From Eubacteriales bacterium (lineage in GTDB: Bacteria > Bacillota > Clostridia > Oscillospirales > CAG-272), in NCBI GenBank assembly GCA_045539595.1, contig JAZQFQ010000092.1, positions 691-64,690 of the forward strand: a stretch of 64,000 nt of DNA. Direction: 5' to 3'. This document shows, piece after piece, positions 18,549-28,151 of the stretch. The translations under genes were made by a program, and so were the position numbers. Position 1 is the stretch's first letter, and each line of letters begins with the position of its first letter. The notes under the pieces are model-generated. The model saw nothing but the letters and a program-made list of their open reading frames with translations. It searched no databases and had not been told where the DNA came from.

Positions 18549-19997
18549 TTATTTGCGGATTCTGGCCAGGCGGTCGAGGCCCCGGTCGCCGGTGGTACCG
18601 GACAGCAGGGCGCCGCCCTCCTTGGCGTTGTACTTCTCCCGGACGGGCTTGCCGGCGGGTTCTTTCTCAAGCTCGGCGACGCGGGCCTGGAGCTTGTCGA
18701 CCTGGGCCTTGAGCTCGGTCGCGGTCTGGACGGCCTGCTCGAACTCCTCCTCGGAGGGGCGCTCCTCCTCGGCGGCCGGAGCCTTGAAGGCCGCGGCGTC
18801 GTCGAAGTCCATGGGGACGAAGGCCATGCGGCAGTCGACTGGGTCGGAGGCCTTGGCGTTGCCTTCCTCGTCCCAGGTGATGGCGTAGCGGACGAACTTG
18901 TCCTGCCAGCCGGTCTCCTCGGAGTAGTAGGCCCAGACGGCGAAGTCGTCGCCGGCGCTGGCCAGGTAGCCGTAGTCGTCCTCGCGGTTGCCGCGCTCGG
19001 CGCGGATGGCGTCCACGATCTTGCGCATCTTCTCGTCGTAGGACTCCTCGAAGCGGGCGGAGCGCTGGCGGGCCATCTGCTCGGCATCGTCGCCGCCTTC
19101 ACCTTCGCCCTCGCCTTCAGAGGCGACCTCCGCTTCCGGGTCCCGGATCTCGGAGACCGCGCCGTCCACGACGACGATGGTCTTGTTGTCGGCCGTCACA
19201 TATTCGCCGTCCTCGGCTTCCTTGCGGCTGCCGTCTTCGTTGTCGACGTAGACGCGGTCCCCAGCCTTGAGGTCCTCGTCGCCGTCCCATTGCAGGACCC
19301 CCTTGTCGGTGGTCACGCGGCCGAAGCGCGCCAGAAGAGCTGCGAGCCCGGCCCTGATTTGAGAGAGTTTGCTCATACTATTGCAAGTGTTGAAAATGCG
19401 GTGCAGCAGCGCCACGCAGTCCTCCGCCTCGCGGTCCTCGGCCCGCATGGTGTCGCCCGCCGGGATGAGGGTGTAGAAGATCTCCACCGAGAAGCCCTTG
19501 AAGGTGCCGGCCTTGATCTCGTCCCAGACCTCGTCGTTGGTGACGTGGTACTCGGCGAAGAGGGAGCCGTCCGCGATGTCGTCGAAGCCTTCCGGGGCGA
19601 TGCCGGCGGCGGTGTCCTTGATGAAGTACTGGACCATCTGGACGTCGTCGACCTCCTTGCCGTCGTGGGCGGTGTCGACGCGGTTCTGGAAGCCGTCGGC
19701 CAGGTACTTCTCGGCGAGCTGCCGGATGGCCTCCTTGCCGAAGGTGACGTAGTAGCCGGGATCCTGGGGATTGTCGCGGCGGTAGATGGGCCAGTCGGCC
19801 CGGAGGACCACGCCCCGGACCAGGTGACGGTCCTCATCCTGGACGGCGTAGAGGACCGGCGCCTTCCCGGCCTCCTTGCGGAAGACGTCGAAGTTGGACT
19901 GCACGGCGGGGTCGTCGACCAGGGAGACACGCACGACGCCGTCACCCTCGGAGGCGAGGGCGACGCGGTAGAGCGGGAGTCCGTTGAAGGTGATCAT
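18549..19997 (-). CDS. XkdF-like prohead serine protease fused to scaffold
   Basis: VSLVDDPAVQSNF, IYRRD, VWDEIKAGTFKGFSVE; acidic coiled-coil C-terminus. Confidence 0.85.
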   Translation of the reverse strand: MITFNGLPLYRVALASEGDGVVRVSLVDDPAVQSNFDVFRKEAGKAPVLYAVQDEDRHLVRGVVLRADWPIYRRDNPQDPGYYVTFGKEAIRQLAEKYLADGFQNRVDTAHDGKEVDDVQMVQYFIKDTAAGIAPEGFDDIADGSLFAEYHVTNDEVWDEIKAGTFKGFSVEIFYTLIPAGDTMRAEDREAEDCVALLHRIFNTCNSMSKLSQIRAGLAALLARFGRVTTDKGVLQWDGDEDLKAGDRVYVDNEDGSRKEAEDGEYVTADNKTIVVVDGAVSEIRDPEAEVASEGEGEGEGGDDAEQMARQRSARFEESYDEKMRKIVDAIRAERGNREDDYGYLASAGDDFAVWAYYSEETGWQDKFVRYAITWDEEGNAKASDPVDCRMAFVPMDFDDAAAFKAPAAEEERPSEEEFEQAVQTATELKAQVDKLQARVAELEKEPAGKPVREKYNAKEGGALLSGTTGDRGLDRLARIRK

Positions 19998-20007
19998 GTG
20001 CGGCGCT

Positions 20008-20042
20008 TTTTCCGGGAAATACCGAAACGGCCGCGGCTGTTA
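20008..20042 (-). promoter_or_regulatory. putative phage late promoter, copy 2
   Basis: TAACA-N14-GGTATTTCCCGGAAAA upstream of the protease/capsid operon. Confidence 0.75.
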
Positions 20043-20045
20043 ATT

Positions 20046-21842
20046 TTACCAGGCTGTCTCGGCCACGCGGACGCGGGCGGAGTCCCGCTCCGCCTGGAGG
20101 TCGGAGGCCAGGATGTAGACCCGGGATGGGGACGCCATGCGGTTGAGGCGCTCCTCCTCGCTGCGGCCGGTGATGTTGCGCACCTGCGCGAAGGAGGGCT
20201 GCACCACCGGGGCCGGGGCCAGCTGCTGGGCGGCGCCGGAGTCCCCCACCTTGACGGCGTTGATGCTCCGGATCTGGGCGTAGCCGGCGGCCAGCACGGC
20301 GGCGGCGTTGGCGGCCGCGGCCGGGATGGCGAATGGCTGCCCCGCAAAGGCCTTGATCGTGCCCATATAGGCGGAGACCGCGCCGGAGATGGTGTCGATG
20401 ATGGCGGAGGCGGTCCGGAGGGCCTTGGCCTTCTGGGCGGCGGCCTCGTCGGCCTCGCTATTCTCGTCGTAGAGGTCGGCGATGGATCCCAGGATGGAGG
20501 ACGTCGCGCCGGCCAGCTGCTGGAGGCCGTCGATGCGGGCCTTGTTCATCTTCTCGCGCTCTTCCTGGGCCTTGCGCTCCGCCTCGATCTCGGCCCATTG
20601 CGCGGCCTCCATCTCGTCGAGCCAGGTCTGCAGCTCCCCGGTGATGGCCTTTGTCTCGTCGTCGACCATCTTGGCCGTCTCCCCGGTCCATTGGGCGACC
20701 ATGTCCTCGCGGGCCTTGATGGCCTTCTGCAGGTCGTCCCACTTCGGCAGGAGCTCCTTGTTGACCTCGTCCCCCACCTCCTTGGCGGCGGAGGCTGCGC
20801 TGCGCTTGCTGGAGCGGAGACCGGCGGCAAATTCCTCGCCCACCTTCTTGCCCGCCTCGAAGTTGCCCTTGAAGTCGAAGCCGTTGCGGAAGTTGTCGCC
20901 GATGTCCTTGACGGCCTGCTTCGCCGTCTGCGCGGCCTCCTTGAACTGGCCCTTGAAGACCTGGGAGAAGACGTTGCCCAGGGCCTTCGCTCCGTCGATG
21001 GTGTTGCGGATCGGGGTGAGGATGAACTGGAGGATCGCGTTGCCGACGCCCACCGCCCCGGAGACGATGTTCTTGAACTCGATGCCGGACTTCTCGCCCA
21101 GCTCGAGGACGTAGTCCACGGCCTTGCTGAAGAGCCCGGCGATCTTCTCCAGGACTCCCTGGAAGAAGTCGAACACCGGCTGCAGGGCGTCCATCACCTT
21201 CTTCACGGCGTCGAGGGCCGTCTTGTTATCCTTGAGCCCGGCGGTGATCTGGTTGATGAGCGGGGCCAGCAGGGCCACGATGCCGAGGATGGGGTTCTTC
21301 GACATGAGGCCCATGGTCTTCGTGATATTGTCCAGCCCGCTGCGGATGAGGCCGAGGGATTGCGGCATATCCTCGATTATCTTCTTGTTCGCTGCGTAGA
21401 TCTGGTTGAAGTAATCCCCCACATTGCGCCCGAATTTGCCGCGGGCGGCGTCCATCTTCTTGAGCTGATTGTTGATGGCCTTGATCTGCTCGCCGAGCTG
21501 GGCGCGCTTGGCTGCGTCCTCGGTGGCGCGGAACTGCTGGTCGAGCTCGGCCATCTGCTTGACGAGCGCGTTGTAGGACGTGCCGAGCCCCTTGGCGGCG
21601 CGGGCGGTGGCGGAGAATGTGTCGCCCTGGCCGTCGCCTTCCACGGTCGTGGCGTGCATGGCGTTCTTTAGGGCGGCCTGCTGGACCTGCAGCTGGCTGA
21701 GGGTGTCGGCGTATTCCTTCGAGCCGATGTCCATCGTCTCGAGGTTCTCCTTGAGGGCCTTGATGGACTCCCGGAGGTCGGCGATGCTTTTGACGGCCGC
21801 GCCGGTGTCGGCCCTGAATATGGTGATAGTCTCTTCTGCCAT
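20046..21842 (-). CDS. tail tape measure protein
   Basis: helical Ala/Lys-rich 598 aa; SYNALVKQM, RNVGDY motifs. Confidence 0.8.
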   Translation of the reverse strand: MAEETITIFRADTGAAVKSIADLRESIKALKENLETMDIGSKEYADTLSQLQVQQAALKNAMHATTVEGDGQGDTFSATARAAKGLGTSYNALVKQMAELDQQFRATEDAAKRAQLGEQIKAINNQLKKMDAARGKFGRNVGDYFNQIYAANKKIIEDMPQSLGLIRSGLDNITKTMGLMSKNPILGIVALLAPLINQITAGLKDNKTALDAVKKVMDALQPVFDFFQGVLEKIAGLFSKAVDYVLELGEKSGIEFKNIVSGAVGVGNAILQFILTPIRNTIDGAKALGNVFSQVFKGQFKEAAQTAKQAVKDIGDNFRNGFDFKGNFEAGKKVGEEFAAGLRSSKRSAASAAKEVGDEVNKELLPKWDDLQKAIKAREDMVAQWTGETAKMVDDETKAITGELQTWLDEMEAAQWAEIEAERKAQEEREKMNKARIDGLQQLAGATSSILGSIADLYDENSEADEAAAQKAKALRTASAIIDTISGAVSAYMGTIKAFAGQPFAIPAAAANAAAVLAAGYAQIRSINAVKVGDSGAAQQLAPAPVVQPSFAQVRNITGRSEEERLNRMASPSRVYILASDLQAERDSARVRVAETAW

Positions 21843-21844
21843 GG

Positions 21845-24484
21845 CTATGCGGTGGTGTAGTTGGTGATGTCAAGGACCTGGACGAACTCGCACTCGGTCA
21901 GGTCGAAGGTGGTGAGGGAATGATTCGAGACGGAGACGAGCGACCAGAGGCTGCCGCCGTACCAGTAGAAGCGGCGCAGGAGCTCCGGTCCGACCTGCAT
22001 GCCGTCCAGGCGGACGCGGCAGCGCATGACCTTGCCGTGGACGCTGAGGCGGTCGCGGACGTACTTCTGCCAGCGCTTGAGGTAGACGGTGCCGGAGGTG
22101 TAGGTGAGCCCGGGGATGTCCACCTCGCGCGGGATCCCGAAGTCCAGGGACTGGTAGACGTCGCGGCGCGTGAGGTCCAGGGAGGTGAGGATGACGTAGC
22201 GGGAGAAGGTCGGGAGGACCTGGGCGGAGTCGCCTGCACCCAGGATCCAGCAGGGTCCGCCGTTGAGGGTGTCCATGACCGGGAGGTCGTCGGATAGGTG
22301 GTAGAAGATCTGCGACGGTGCGCCCCGGTAGAAGAGCATCACGTCCGCGCCGTCGACCGGGGCGTTCTCCGCGTCCCTGAACTCGGCCCGCTCGTTGAAG
22401 TCGTAGCCCGGGAAGTCGGCGTTCAGCGGGTCGGCGGTGGCGGTGCCCGGGATGACCACGTCGAAGTCCTTGGCCTCGCCGGTGTCGTCCCAGAGGGTGA
22501 ACTTGTTGCCCGGATCCATGAAGACGGACGGGAACCATCTGGCGCCCGGGGTGGTGAGCTGGGAGAAATACTTGCTGCGGGCCTGGACGGCGGCGCACGA
22601 CTTGAGGACGGAGCCGGAGAGCAGGTCCTTGGTCTGGGCGTCGAAGTCGTAGCCGGTGTCGATGCGCTGGATCCCGTGCTGGACGCCGGAGGTGCGGAGG
22701 TACTCCTGCTCGAAGCGTCCGCCGACGGATTCGTGGCGGAGCTCGTACCATTTGGCGTCGAAGGTCAGGGGCTGGATGTCGACGGAGGGATTGTCGACGC
22801 GGTCGGTGAGGTCCACGGTCGTAGCCTGGTAAAAGGTCTCCCGGCGAAGGATCTGCACGGACCGCTTCTGCCGGTCGGCCAGGAGGACGAGCCCGAAGGC
22901 CTTGCAGAAGGCGACCAGGTAGTCGGCCGGGGTCTTGCTGGTGCTCAGGAGCATCTCCTTGGTGACGGTGGCGCCGCTGCGGAGGGCGTCACCGGACTCG
23001 TAGGAGTTGGTCCCGGATCCGGAGGGGGCTGCGGCGGCCGTGGGCGTGTAGCCGGTGCCGGCGTCGGTGTAGAGCTGGCCGAGCGAAGAGCTGCCGCCGG
23101 TGCCGCCGCCGAAGAGGGCGCCCGCGTCGGAGATGTGTGCGACGTAGGCGGTGACCTGGATGTCGATCCGGGCGATGTTCTGCCCGGTGACCTCGGTGGT
23201 GAGGTCTCGCTGGCGCAGGTATGCCCCGCCGCTGGGTGCGTAGCCGTGGTCCTGCTCGGCCGGCGCGAAGGAGGCGCCCATCTGGGGCGTGTAGCCCAGG
23301 GCCGAGGCCAGGGCGGAGGGGTCGATGACGTCCGCGGACTTGCAGATGGTCTTGACCGGACCGGCGGCGACCATGGTGCTGTCGGAGCCGTAGGCCACGG
23401 CCTGCACGAAGAGGATCTGCTGGGTGTAGCCGTCCGGGATGTAGGACTGGCCGGCCACGCGCTTCCAGGAGCGGAGGGTGGATGCCGGAGCGCCCGGGAC
23501 GGTGTACGCCAGGGCGGAGGTGAGGCGGGCGGTGACGTCGCTCCCGGCGGGGACGTTGCTCAGGAAGAAGCGGCCCACCACCTTGCCGGCCGCGTACTGC
23601 TGGAAGGTGACGGTGGCGCCGCCGCTCGTCTTCTTGTAGGTGCCGAGGCTCGGGAGCAGCGGGCGCGTCAGCCAGGTGTTCTGGTAGCCGATGGTCACAT
23701 CGCTGAGGTCGACGTCCCAGCCGCCGTTGTTGAGGGGGTTGGCGATGGCTTCCAGGATCTTCGCCATGGAGACCACCGGGCGCTGGAGGTAGGACCGCAG
23801 GTCGCGGACCTCCCACTCGTCCTTCTCCCCGGAGAGGGTGATGAGGGTGACGCCGTCCTTGGTGTTGTAGCCCGCCGGGACGGTGAGGCCCACGTCCCCG
23901 GGAGCGGCCACGGCCTTGTCAGCGCTGAAGTCGGAGGGTACTCCGTTGTAGCAGGGCGCGAAGTTGATGACGTCCCACTTCTCCGGCTTGGAGGTGTCCC
24001 CGGCCAGCCGGGCCCAGGCATCCCGGACCGTCTGTAGGGTGATGGTGAAGTCGAGGTCCACGCCGTAGTCGAGGTCGGCGAGGCTGCGCTTGTTGCCGGC
24101 TCCGTCATAGGCGAGGCCGTAGAGGAAGTCGCCCAGGCCGCCGTAGAGGCTGACCCGGTAGGCGTCGCGGGTCACGCCGTTCAGCTTGGCGTAGCCGGAG
24201 AAGAGGACCTCCCCGGTCTCGGCGTAGATGGCGAAGGGGGTGCGCTTGGAGGCGTTGAAGTCCGGGCCGGATCCACCGGCACCGGCGAGGCGGTCCAGGC
24301 GGCCGGAGTGTCCGAAGATGCGGTCGTTGGCCGGGCACCTGGGGAGCTCCACCTCCTGGGTCCAGGAGTTACGGACGACGGCGGGGTTGGTCAGGTCCGA
24401 GAGCTGGACGTTGAGCAGGACGAGGCCGTCGTCGGCGAGGTCGGCCAGCTGGCCGTTGATGTAGAGGGAGATCCGGCGTCTCAT
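21845..24484 (-). CDS. tail tip / baseplate hub protein
   Basis: ISLYINGQLADL, NSWTQEVELP..NDRIFGH; start corrected to the ATG at 24484. Confidence 0.75.
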   Translation of the reverse strand: MRRRISLYINGQLADLADDGLVLLNVQLSDLTNPAVVRNSWTQEVELPRCPANDRIFGHSGRLDRLAGAGGSGPDFNASKRTPFAIYAETGEVLFSGYAKLNGVTRDAYRVSLYGGLGDFLYGLAYDGAGNKRSLADLDYGVDLDFTITLQTVRDAWARLAGDTSKPEKWDVINFAPCYNGVPSDFSADKAVAAPGDVGLTVPAGYNTKDGVTLITLSGEKDEWEVRDLRSYLQRPVVSMAKILEAIANPLNNGGWDVDLSDVTIGYQNTWLTRPLLPSLGTYKKTSGGATVTFQQYAAGKVVGRFFLSNVPAGSDVTARLTSALAYTVPGAPASTLRSWKRVAGQSYIPDGYTQQILFVQAVAYGSDSTMVAAGPVKTICKSADVIDPSALASALGYTPQMGASFAPAEQDHGYAPSGGAYLRQRDLTTEVTGQNIARIDIQVTAYVAHISDAGALFGGGTGGSSSLGQLYTDAGTGYTPTAAAAPSGSGTNSYESGDALRSGATVTKEMLLSTSKTPADYLVAFCKAFGLVLLADRQKRSVQILRRETFYQATTVDLTDRVDNPSVDIQPLTFDAKWYELRHESVGGRFEQEYLRTSGVQHGIQRIDTGYDFDAQTKDLLSGSVLKSCAAVQARSKYFSQLTTPGARWFPSVFMDPGNKFTLWDDTGEAKDFDVVIPGTATADPLNADFPGYDFNERAEFRDAENAPVDGADVMLFYRGAPSQIFYHLSDDLPVMDTLNGGPCWILGAGDSAQVLPTFSRYVILTSLDLTRRDVYQSLDFGIPREVDIPGLTYTSGTVYLKRWQKYVRDRLSVHGKVMRCRVRLDGMQVGPELLRRFYWYGGSLWSLVSVSNHSLTTFDLTECEFVQVLDITNYTTA

Positions 24485-25485
24485 CTGCGGAAGCGCTCCT
24501 GCGCGAGCTGTGCGTTGAACTCGTAGACGGCCGGGCGGCGGCCGTTGCTGCGGTAGGTCTGCTCGTCGTGGGTGGTGTCGGTGAGGACCACCGGGCGCCA
24601 GACCATGTCGGCGAAGTCGAGGAGGTAGACGTCCGGGGAGTTGAGCAGGTGGTGCATCTTCTCGCTCTGGTCGTCGGTGAGGATGCCGGTGCGGAGCGTC
24701 CACGCGGGGCTCACCTCGATGGCGTAGTCCCTGCGGCCGCGGGCCGTCGGGTCGGTGTTGTCGTAGTCGGTGTCGATGGTGTGGCGGACCAGGTCGTCAC
24801 GCCGGACGGGTATGCCGTCCAGGACCAGGGTGTCCCAGCCGCCGAAGGCGTTGAAGTAGGCGACGAGGAAGCGGCTGCAGTTCTCGGCGACCTTCCAGGT
24901 GATGCCGTTGAAGGTCAGGGAGGCGAGGCCGTCGTAGGTTGCGAGGTCGAGGACCGCGGTGGCGGGGCCAGCTCCGGACCCGACCGCGAAGGAGCTGTTG
25001 AAGGACTGGTTGTAGGATCCGGCCGTGGTGAGGTCCACGGTCTGGGTGGTGCCGTCCTGGAAGATGAGCGTCACGGATCCCGGTGTACCGAGGTAGGAGG
25101 CCAGGAAGGGCTGGCGGGGGTCCAGCTCCGGGAGGATGGGGTCGGAGAGCGGCGTGGAGGCCGTGATTGTCCGGAGCTGGTCGTAGCTCCAGTCGGCCAC
25201 GAAGGTGACGGTGTCGACGGCGGATCCTCCCACGACGGTCACGAAGGTCTCGGCGATCCTGGCGGAGGGCGGCGGGAAGCTGGAGGCCGGGAGCGTGGAT
25301 GCCAGGTAGTCGGCGCAGACGTCGTTGATGCGGGCGACCACGTCGGCAGATCCGGGGCGGCGGTAGGCCCGGCCGGCGTAGAGGAGCGTCCCGGCGGCGC
25401 TTCCGATGCGGATCTCGAAGTCGGCGGAGTCGGCGCCGGCGGCGAGGGTGACGATGCGGTCTTTCCAGATGGGTGCGAAGGGCAT
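24481..25485 (-). CDS. tail protein (distal tail-like)
   Basis: YFNAFGGWDTL, LLNSPDVYL motifs; internal SYNQSFNSSF. Confidence 0.75.
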   Translation of the reverse strand: MPFAPIWKDRIVTLAAGADSADFEIRIGSAAGTLLYAGRAYRRPGSADVVARINDVCADYLASTLPASSFPPPSARIAETFVTVVGGSAVDTVTFVADWSYDQLRTITASTPLSDPILPELDPRQPFLASYLGTPGSVTLIFQDGTTQTVDLTTAGSYNQSFNSSFAVGSGAGPATAVLDLATYDGLASLTFNGITWKVAENCSRFLVAYFNAFGGWDTLVLDGIPVRRDDLVRHTIDTDYDNTDPTARGRRDYAIEVSPAWTLRTGILTDDQSEKMHHLLNSPDVYLLDFADMVWRPVVLTDTTHDEQTYRSNGRRPAVYEFNAQLAQERFRR

Positions 25486-25496
25486 GGCGTTTTCTC

Positions 25497-25531
25497 TTTT
25501 CCGGGAAATACCGAAAAAGCCGCCGATGTTA
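25497..25531 (-). promoter_or_regulatory. putative phage late promoter, copy 3
   Basis: TAACA-N14-GGTATTTCCCGGAAAA upstream of the tail operon. Confidence 0.75.
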
Positions 25532-25689
25532 GCGAAACGGGGGCCGTGGGCGGGCTTGAAGGTTCGGGCGGACTCCTTGGCCGTCCCCGCGCTTCACGGC
25601 CGCGGAAGGGGCGCATGAATCAAAAATCCCCGGGCATCTCTCGACGGCCGGGGGGTGTTGAAACAAAAGAAACAGAAAAAACAGTCCCG

Positions 25690-26187
25690 TCACGGGCGGA
25701 CGGTCTTGATGATGTAGTCGTAGAGGTCGCGCTGGAGGGCGGCTTCGAGCTTGTCGCGGTAGGCGGTGATGACGGCGTCCTTGGTCTTCTGGAGGTCGTG
25801 GGTTCCTTCCGTCCCGACGCGGGAGATCTTGCGGCGGATGAGGTACTCCAGGGACTTGGGGCTGGGGATGCGGCCGGAGGCGTCCGGGCGCGGGATCACC
25901 GGCTTGAACTCGATCCAGCGGGCGATGGGTCCGGGCGGCGGCCAATGGGGGCGCGTCCCGGTCTCCAGGTATTTCCAGTAGTGCTCCAGGGTCATAGTCA
26001 CCTCGTAGGCGGTGTCCCGGACGACGACCTGGGTGCGGATGGAGTTGAGCAGCTTGCGGGCGTCCGGGCCGAGGGTCGTGTAGTGGCCGTTGCGCTCGAG
26101 CTCGTCCTTGTAGCCGTCCCGCACGTCCCGGGCCATGTCCTTCAAAATGGAGCGGAGGTTGGTGAGGTTCAAAAGTTCGTCTGCCAT
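25690..26187 (-). CDS. neck / tail-completion protein
   Basis: YWKYLETGTRPHWPP..IARWI, YLIRRKISRVGT. Confidence 0.7.
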   Translation of the reverse strand: MADELLNLTNLRSILKDMARDVRDGYKDELERNGHYTTLGPDARKLLNSIRTQVVVRDTAYEVTMTLEHYWKYLETGTRPHWPPPGPIARWIEFKPVIPRPDASGRIPSPKSLEYLIRRKISRVGTEGTHDLQKTKDAVITAYRDKLEAALQRDLYDYIIKTVRP

Positions 26188-26188
26188 G

Positions 26189-26512
26189 TCAGTGTGTGTT
26201 TTGCCAGCGGGTGGTGGCGTCCTGGTCGCGGGCGTCCCGGTCTCGCCGGTAGGATAATACGTTCAGGAACTCCCGGGCGGGCTTGCCGAAGACGACGTCC
26301 CAGGAGACGCGCATCGTCTCGCTCACTCGGTCGACGGCCGCGATCCATCCCCACCGGACCCCAAAGAGGTCAGCGTCTCCACCAGGGTCTCCAGGTCCGC
26401 CAGCCGCTTGCGGATCCTCGCCGCCTTCGCCTTGTCCTTCTCCGTCCTGGCCAGCCGTGCCAAGAAGGACCGGGAAGTCCTGATCAATGCGGCGTATTTC
26501 GTCAAAAAAAAA
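26189..26512 (-). CDS. -1 frameshift extension of the tail assembly chaperone (gpGT-like)
   Basis: T TTT TTT slippery site leads to FFFDEIRRID...WGWIAAVDRV...REFLNVLSY. Confidence 0.7.
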   Translation of the reverse strand, partial: FFFDEIRRIDQDFPVLLGTAGQDGEGQGEGGEDPQAAGGPGDPGGDADLFGVRWGWIAAVDRVSETMRVSWDVVFGKPAREFLNVLSYRRDRDARDQDATTRWQNTH

Positions 26513-26973
26513 GCGGACAGCGCGAGGACGTCGGAGACCATGAGCTCGCGGCGGATGGCGTCCTGGACCTCGGCGATGTCGTAGCCGTCGGCGTAGGTCT
26601 TGCCCCTGGGGATCAGGATGACGGAAATCAGCTCGACGAGCCGGGGGTCCCCTTCCGGGCAGAAGGTCTTGAAGTCGATGTACTGGGCGGTCGTGATCTT
26701 GCGGAGGTCGGTAGTGGGGACCAGGTCGAACCCGCCGAGCCGGTAGGAGGACGCGATGCGCGGCGCGACGTGGACGGGGCGCTCGAGGAATCCGGCGGCG
26801 TCGGACCATGCCGACACGTCGGTGATGGGCGCGTTCAGGATCTCGCGCTCGGTCTTGCCGGTGAGGATGGCGAGGATGGCGATGCGGCGGTCGATGTCGT
26901 CCATCTCGCGCTCCTGGAGTGCGAGGATGTCGAGATAGTCGCCGAGGGGTAGTTCGTTGTGGCTTGTGATCAT
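26323..26973 (-). CDS. tail assembly chaperone (gpG-like)
   Basis: LPLGDYLDI, KITTAQYIDF; T9 slippery site near the end. Confidence 0.7.
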   Translation of the reverse strand: MITSHNELPLGDYLDILALQEREMDDIDRRIAILAILTGKTEREILNAPITDVSAWSDAAGFLERPVHVAPRIASSYRLGGFDLVPTTDLRKITTAQYIDFKTFCPEGDPRLVELISVILIPRGKTYADGYDIAEVQDAIRRELMVSDVLALSAFFLTKYAALIRTSRSFLARLARTEKDKAKAARIRKRLADLETLVETLTSLGSGGDGSRPSTE

Positions 26974-28151
26974 CTGTGGATGTAGCTGAGGGTGTAGGTG
27001 CCGTAGCCCGGACGGGCGAAGGGCGTGACGCAGGCGTAGCGCAGGGCGTCGATGCCGTGGTTGAAGAAGTCGATCGGCTCCGGAGTGTAGGTGCCGTCGC
27101 TGCGCTGCTTGTAGAGGTACTTGCGGCCCTCGTCGAGCAGGTGCGTGGACCGGCGCGTGACGTAGATCTTCCAGGCGCGCAGCTGCTGCAGCTGCTCGTG
27201 GACCTTGGTGGACTTGTCGCAGGCCTTGACGTTGAGGCCGTGGCCGGAGATCTCGGAGATGGACTTGGGCTCGGCGGCGTCGGCGTAGACGGTGACGCCG
27301 GACCGGCGGATGCCGAGGCCCTTGAGGGCGGCGGCGATCTCGGGGTTGGTCATGCCGGTCTGCCAGAGCAGCTCGTCGGCGTAGATCTCCCGGCGGCCGG
27401 TGTGGATGAGGCAGCGGATGAGGGTCGTCGGGTCGTGCGTGAAGCCGAAGTCCATGCCCCACGACTCCACGAAGCCGGCGGGGTCGGGCATATCGTCCAC
27501 GGGAATGAAGTCGAAGATCTGGCCCTCGATCTGTCCGATGAGGCCCAGGCCGTAGACGCGCCACCAGTTTCCGGCGTCCTTGTTGGACTCGATCTCGCGG
27601 CGCACCTCGTCGGGGATGTACTGGTTATCCTTGTAGGTGGAGTGCACCATGGCGTAGCGGTCGCGCTTGGGGATGATCTCCGTCCCCCAGAAGGGCGCGG
27701 CCGGGTTGTAGTCGTACATGACTAGCCCGGAGGTTCGGGCTAGCATCTGGCGGACGGTGTCCCAGGCGAGCAGGTTCGCCTCGTTGAGGACCAGGCGGTC
27801 GCGGGCCGGGCCCAGGGCCTTGCCGGGCGCGTCATTGATCCCGAAGAACTCGATGACTGAGCCGGTGTGGAAGGTGTAGGAGTTGGTGGACTTGGACCAG
27901 CGGGCCTCGTCCCAGGTGCCCAGGTCCTCGAGCGCGAAGCGGAAGTCGCGGATGGCGCCGACCTTGAGGTGCGTGAGGGTGTCGGAGCCGACGGTGGTGA
28001 TGGTGGGCCGCTTGTCGTTGAGGGCGAGCAGGGCCGCCAGCTGCATCTCCGCGATGGTCTTGCCGGAGCGGGCCCCGCCCCGGTTGTCGATGAACCGGGG
28101 ACCGGAGGCCAGGGCGGCGCAGATCTTCTCGAAGGTGCGGGTGGCGTGCAT
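26970..28151 (-). CDS. terL: terminase large subunit (PBSX/Terminase_3 type)
   Basis: RGGARSGKT, NEAN, DYNP, HSTYKDN, GMDFGFTHDPT, ADAAEPKSI, NHGIDALRY. Confidence 0.95.
   Translation of the reverse strand: MHATRTFEKICAALASGPRFIDNRGGARSGKTIAEMQLAALLALNDKRPTITTVGSDTLTHLKVGAIRDFRFALEDLGTWDEARWSKSTNSYTFHTGSVIEFFGINDAPGKALGPARDRLVLNEANLLAWDTVRQMLARTSGLVMYDYNPAAPFWGTEIIPKRDRYAMVHSTYKDNQYIPDEVRREIESNKDAGNWWRVYGLGLIGQIEGQIFDFIPVDDMPDPAGFVESWGMDFGFTHDPTTLIRCLIHTGRREIYADELLWQTGMTNPEIAAALKGLGIRRSGVTVYADAAEPKSISEISGHGLNVKACDKSTKVHEQLQQLRAWKIYVTRRSTHLLDEGRKYLYKQRSDGTYTPEPIDFFNHGIDALRYACVTPFARPGYGTYTLSYIHR

Noticed and set aside
4290-25612. Recurring CCTCACGG/CTTCACGG hairpins (~4304, ~10270, ~25591)
   Set aside because: They are generic GTGA (GNRA) tetraloop stems with unrelated flanks, not a defined element.
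13144-26952. Very long plus-strand ORFs (572, 793, 579 and 794 aa)
   Set aside because: They are antisense shadows of GC-rich minus-strand structural genes and carry no recognisable motifs.
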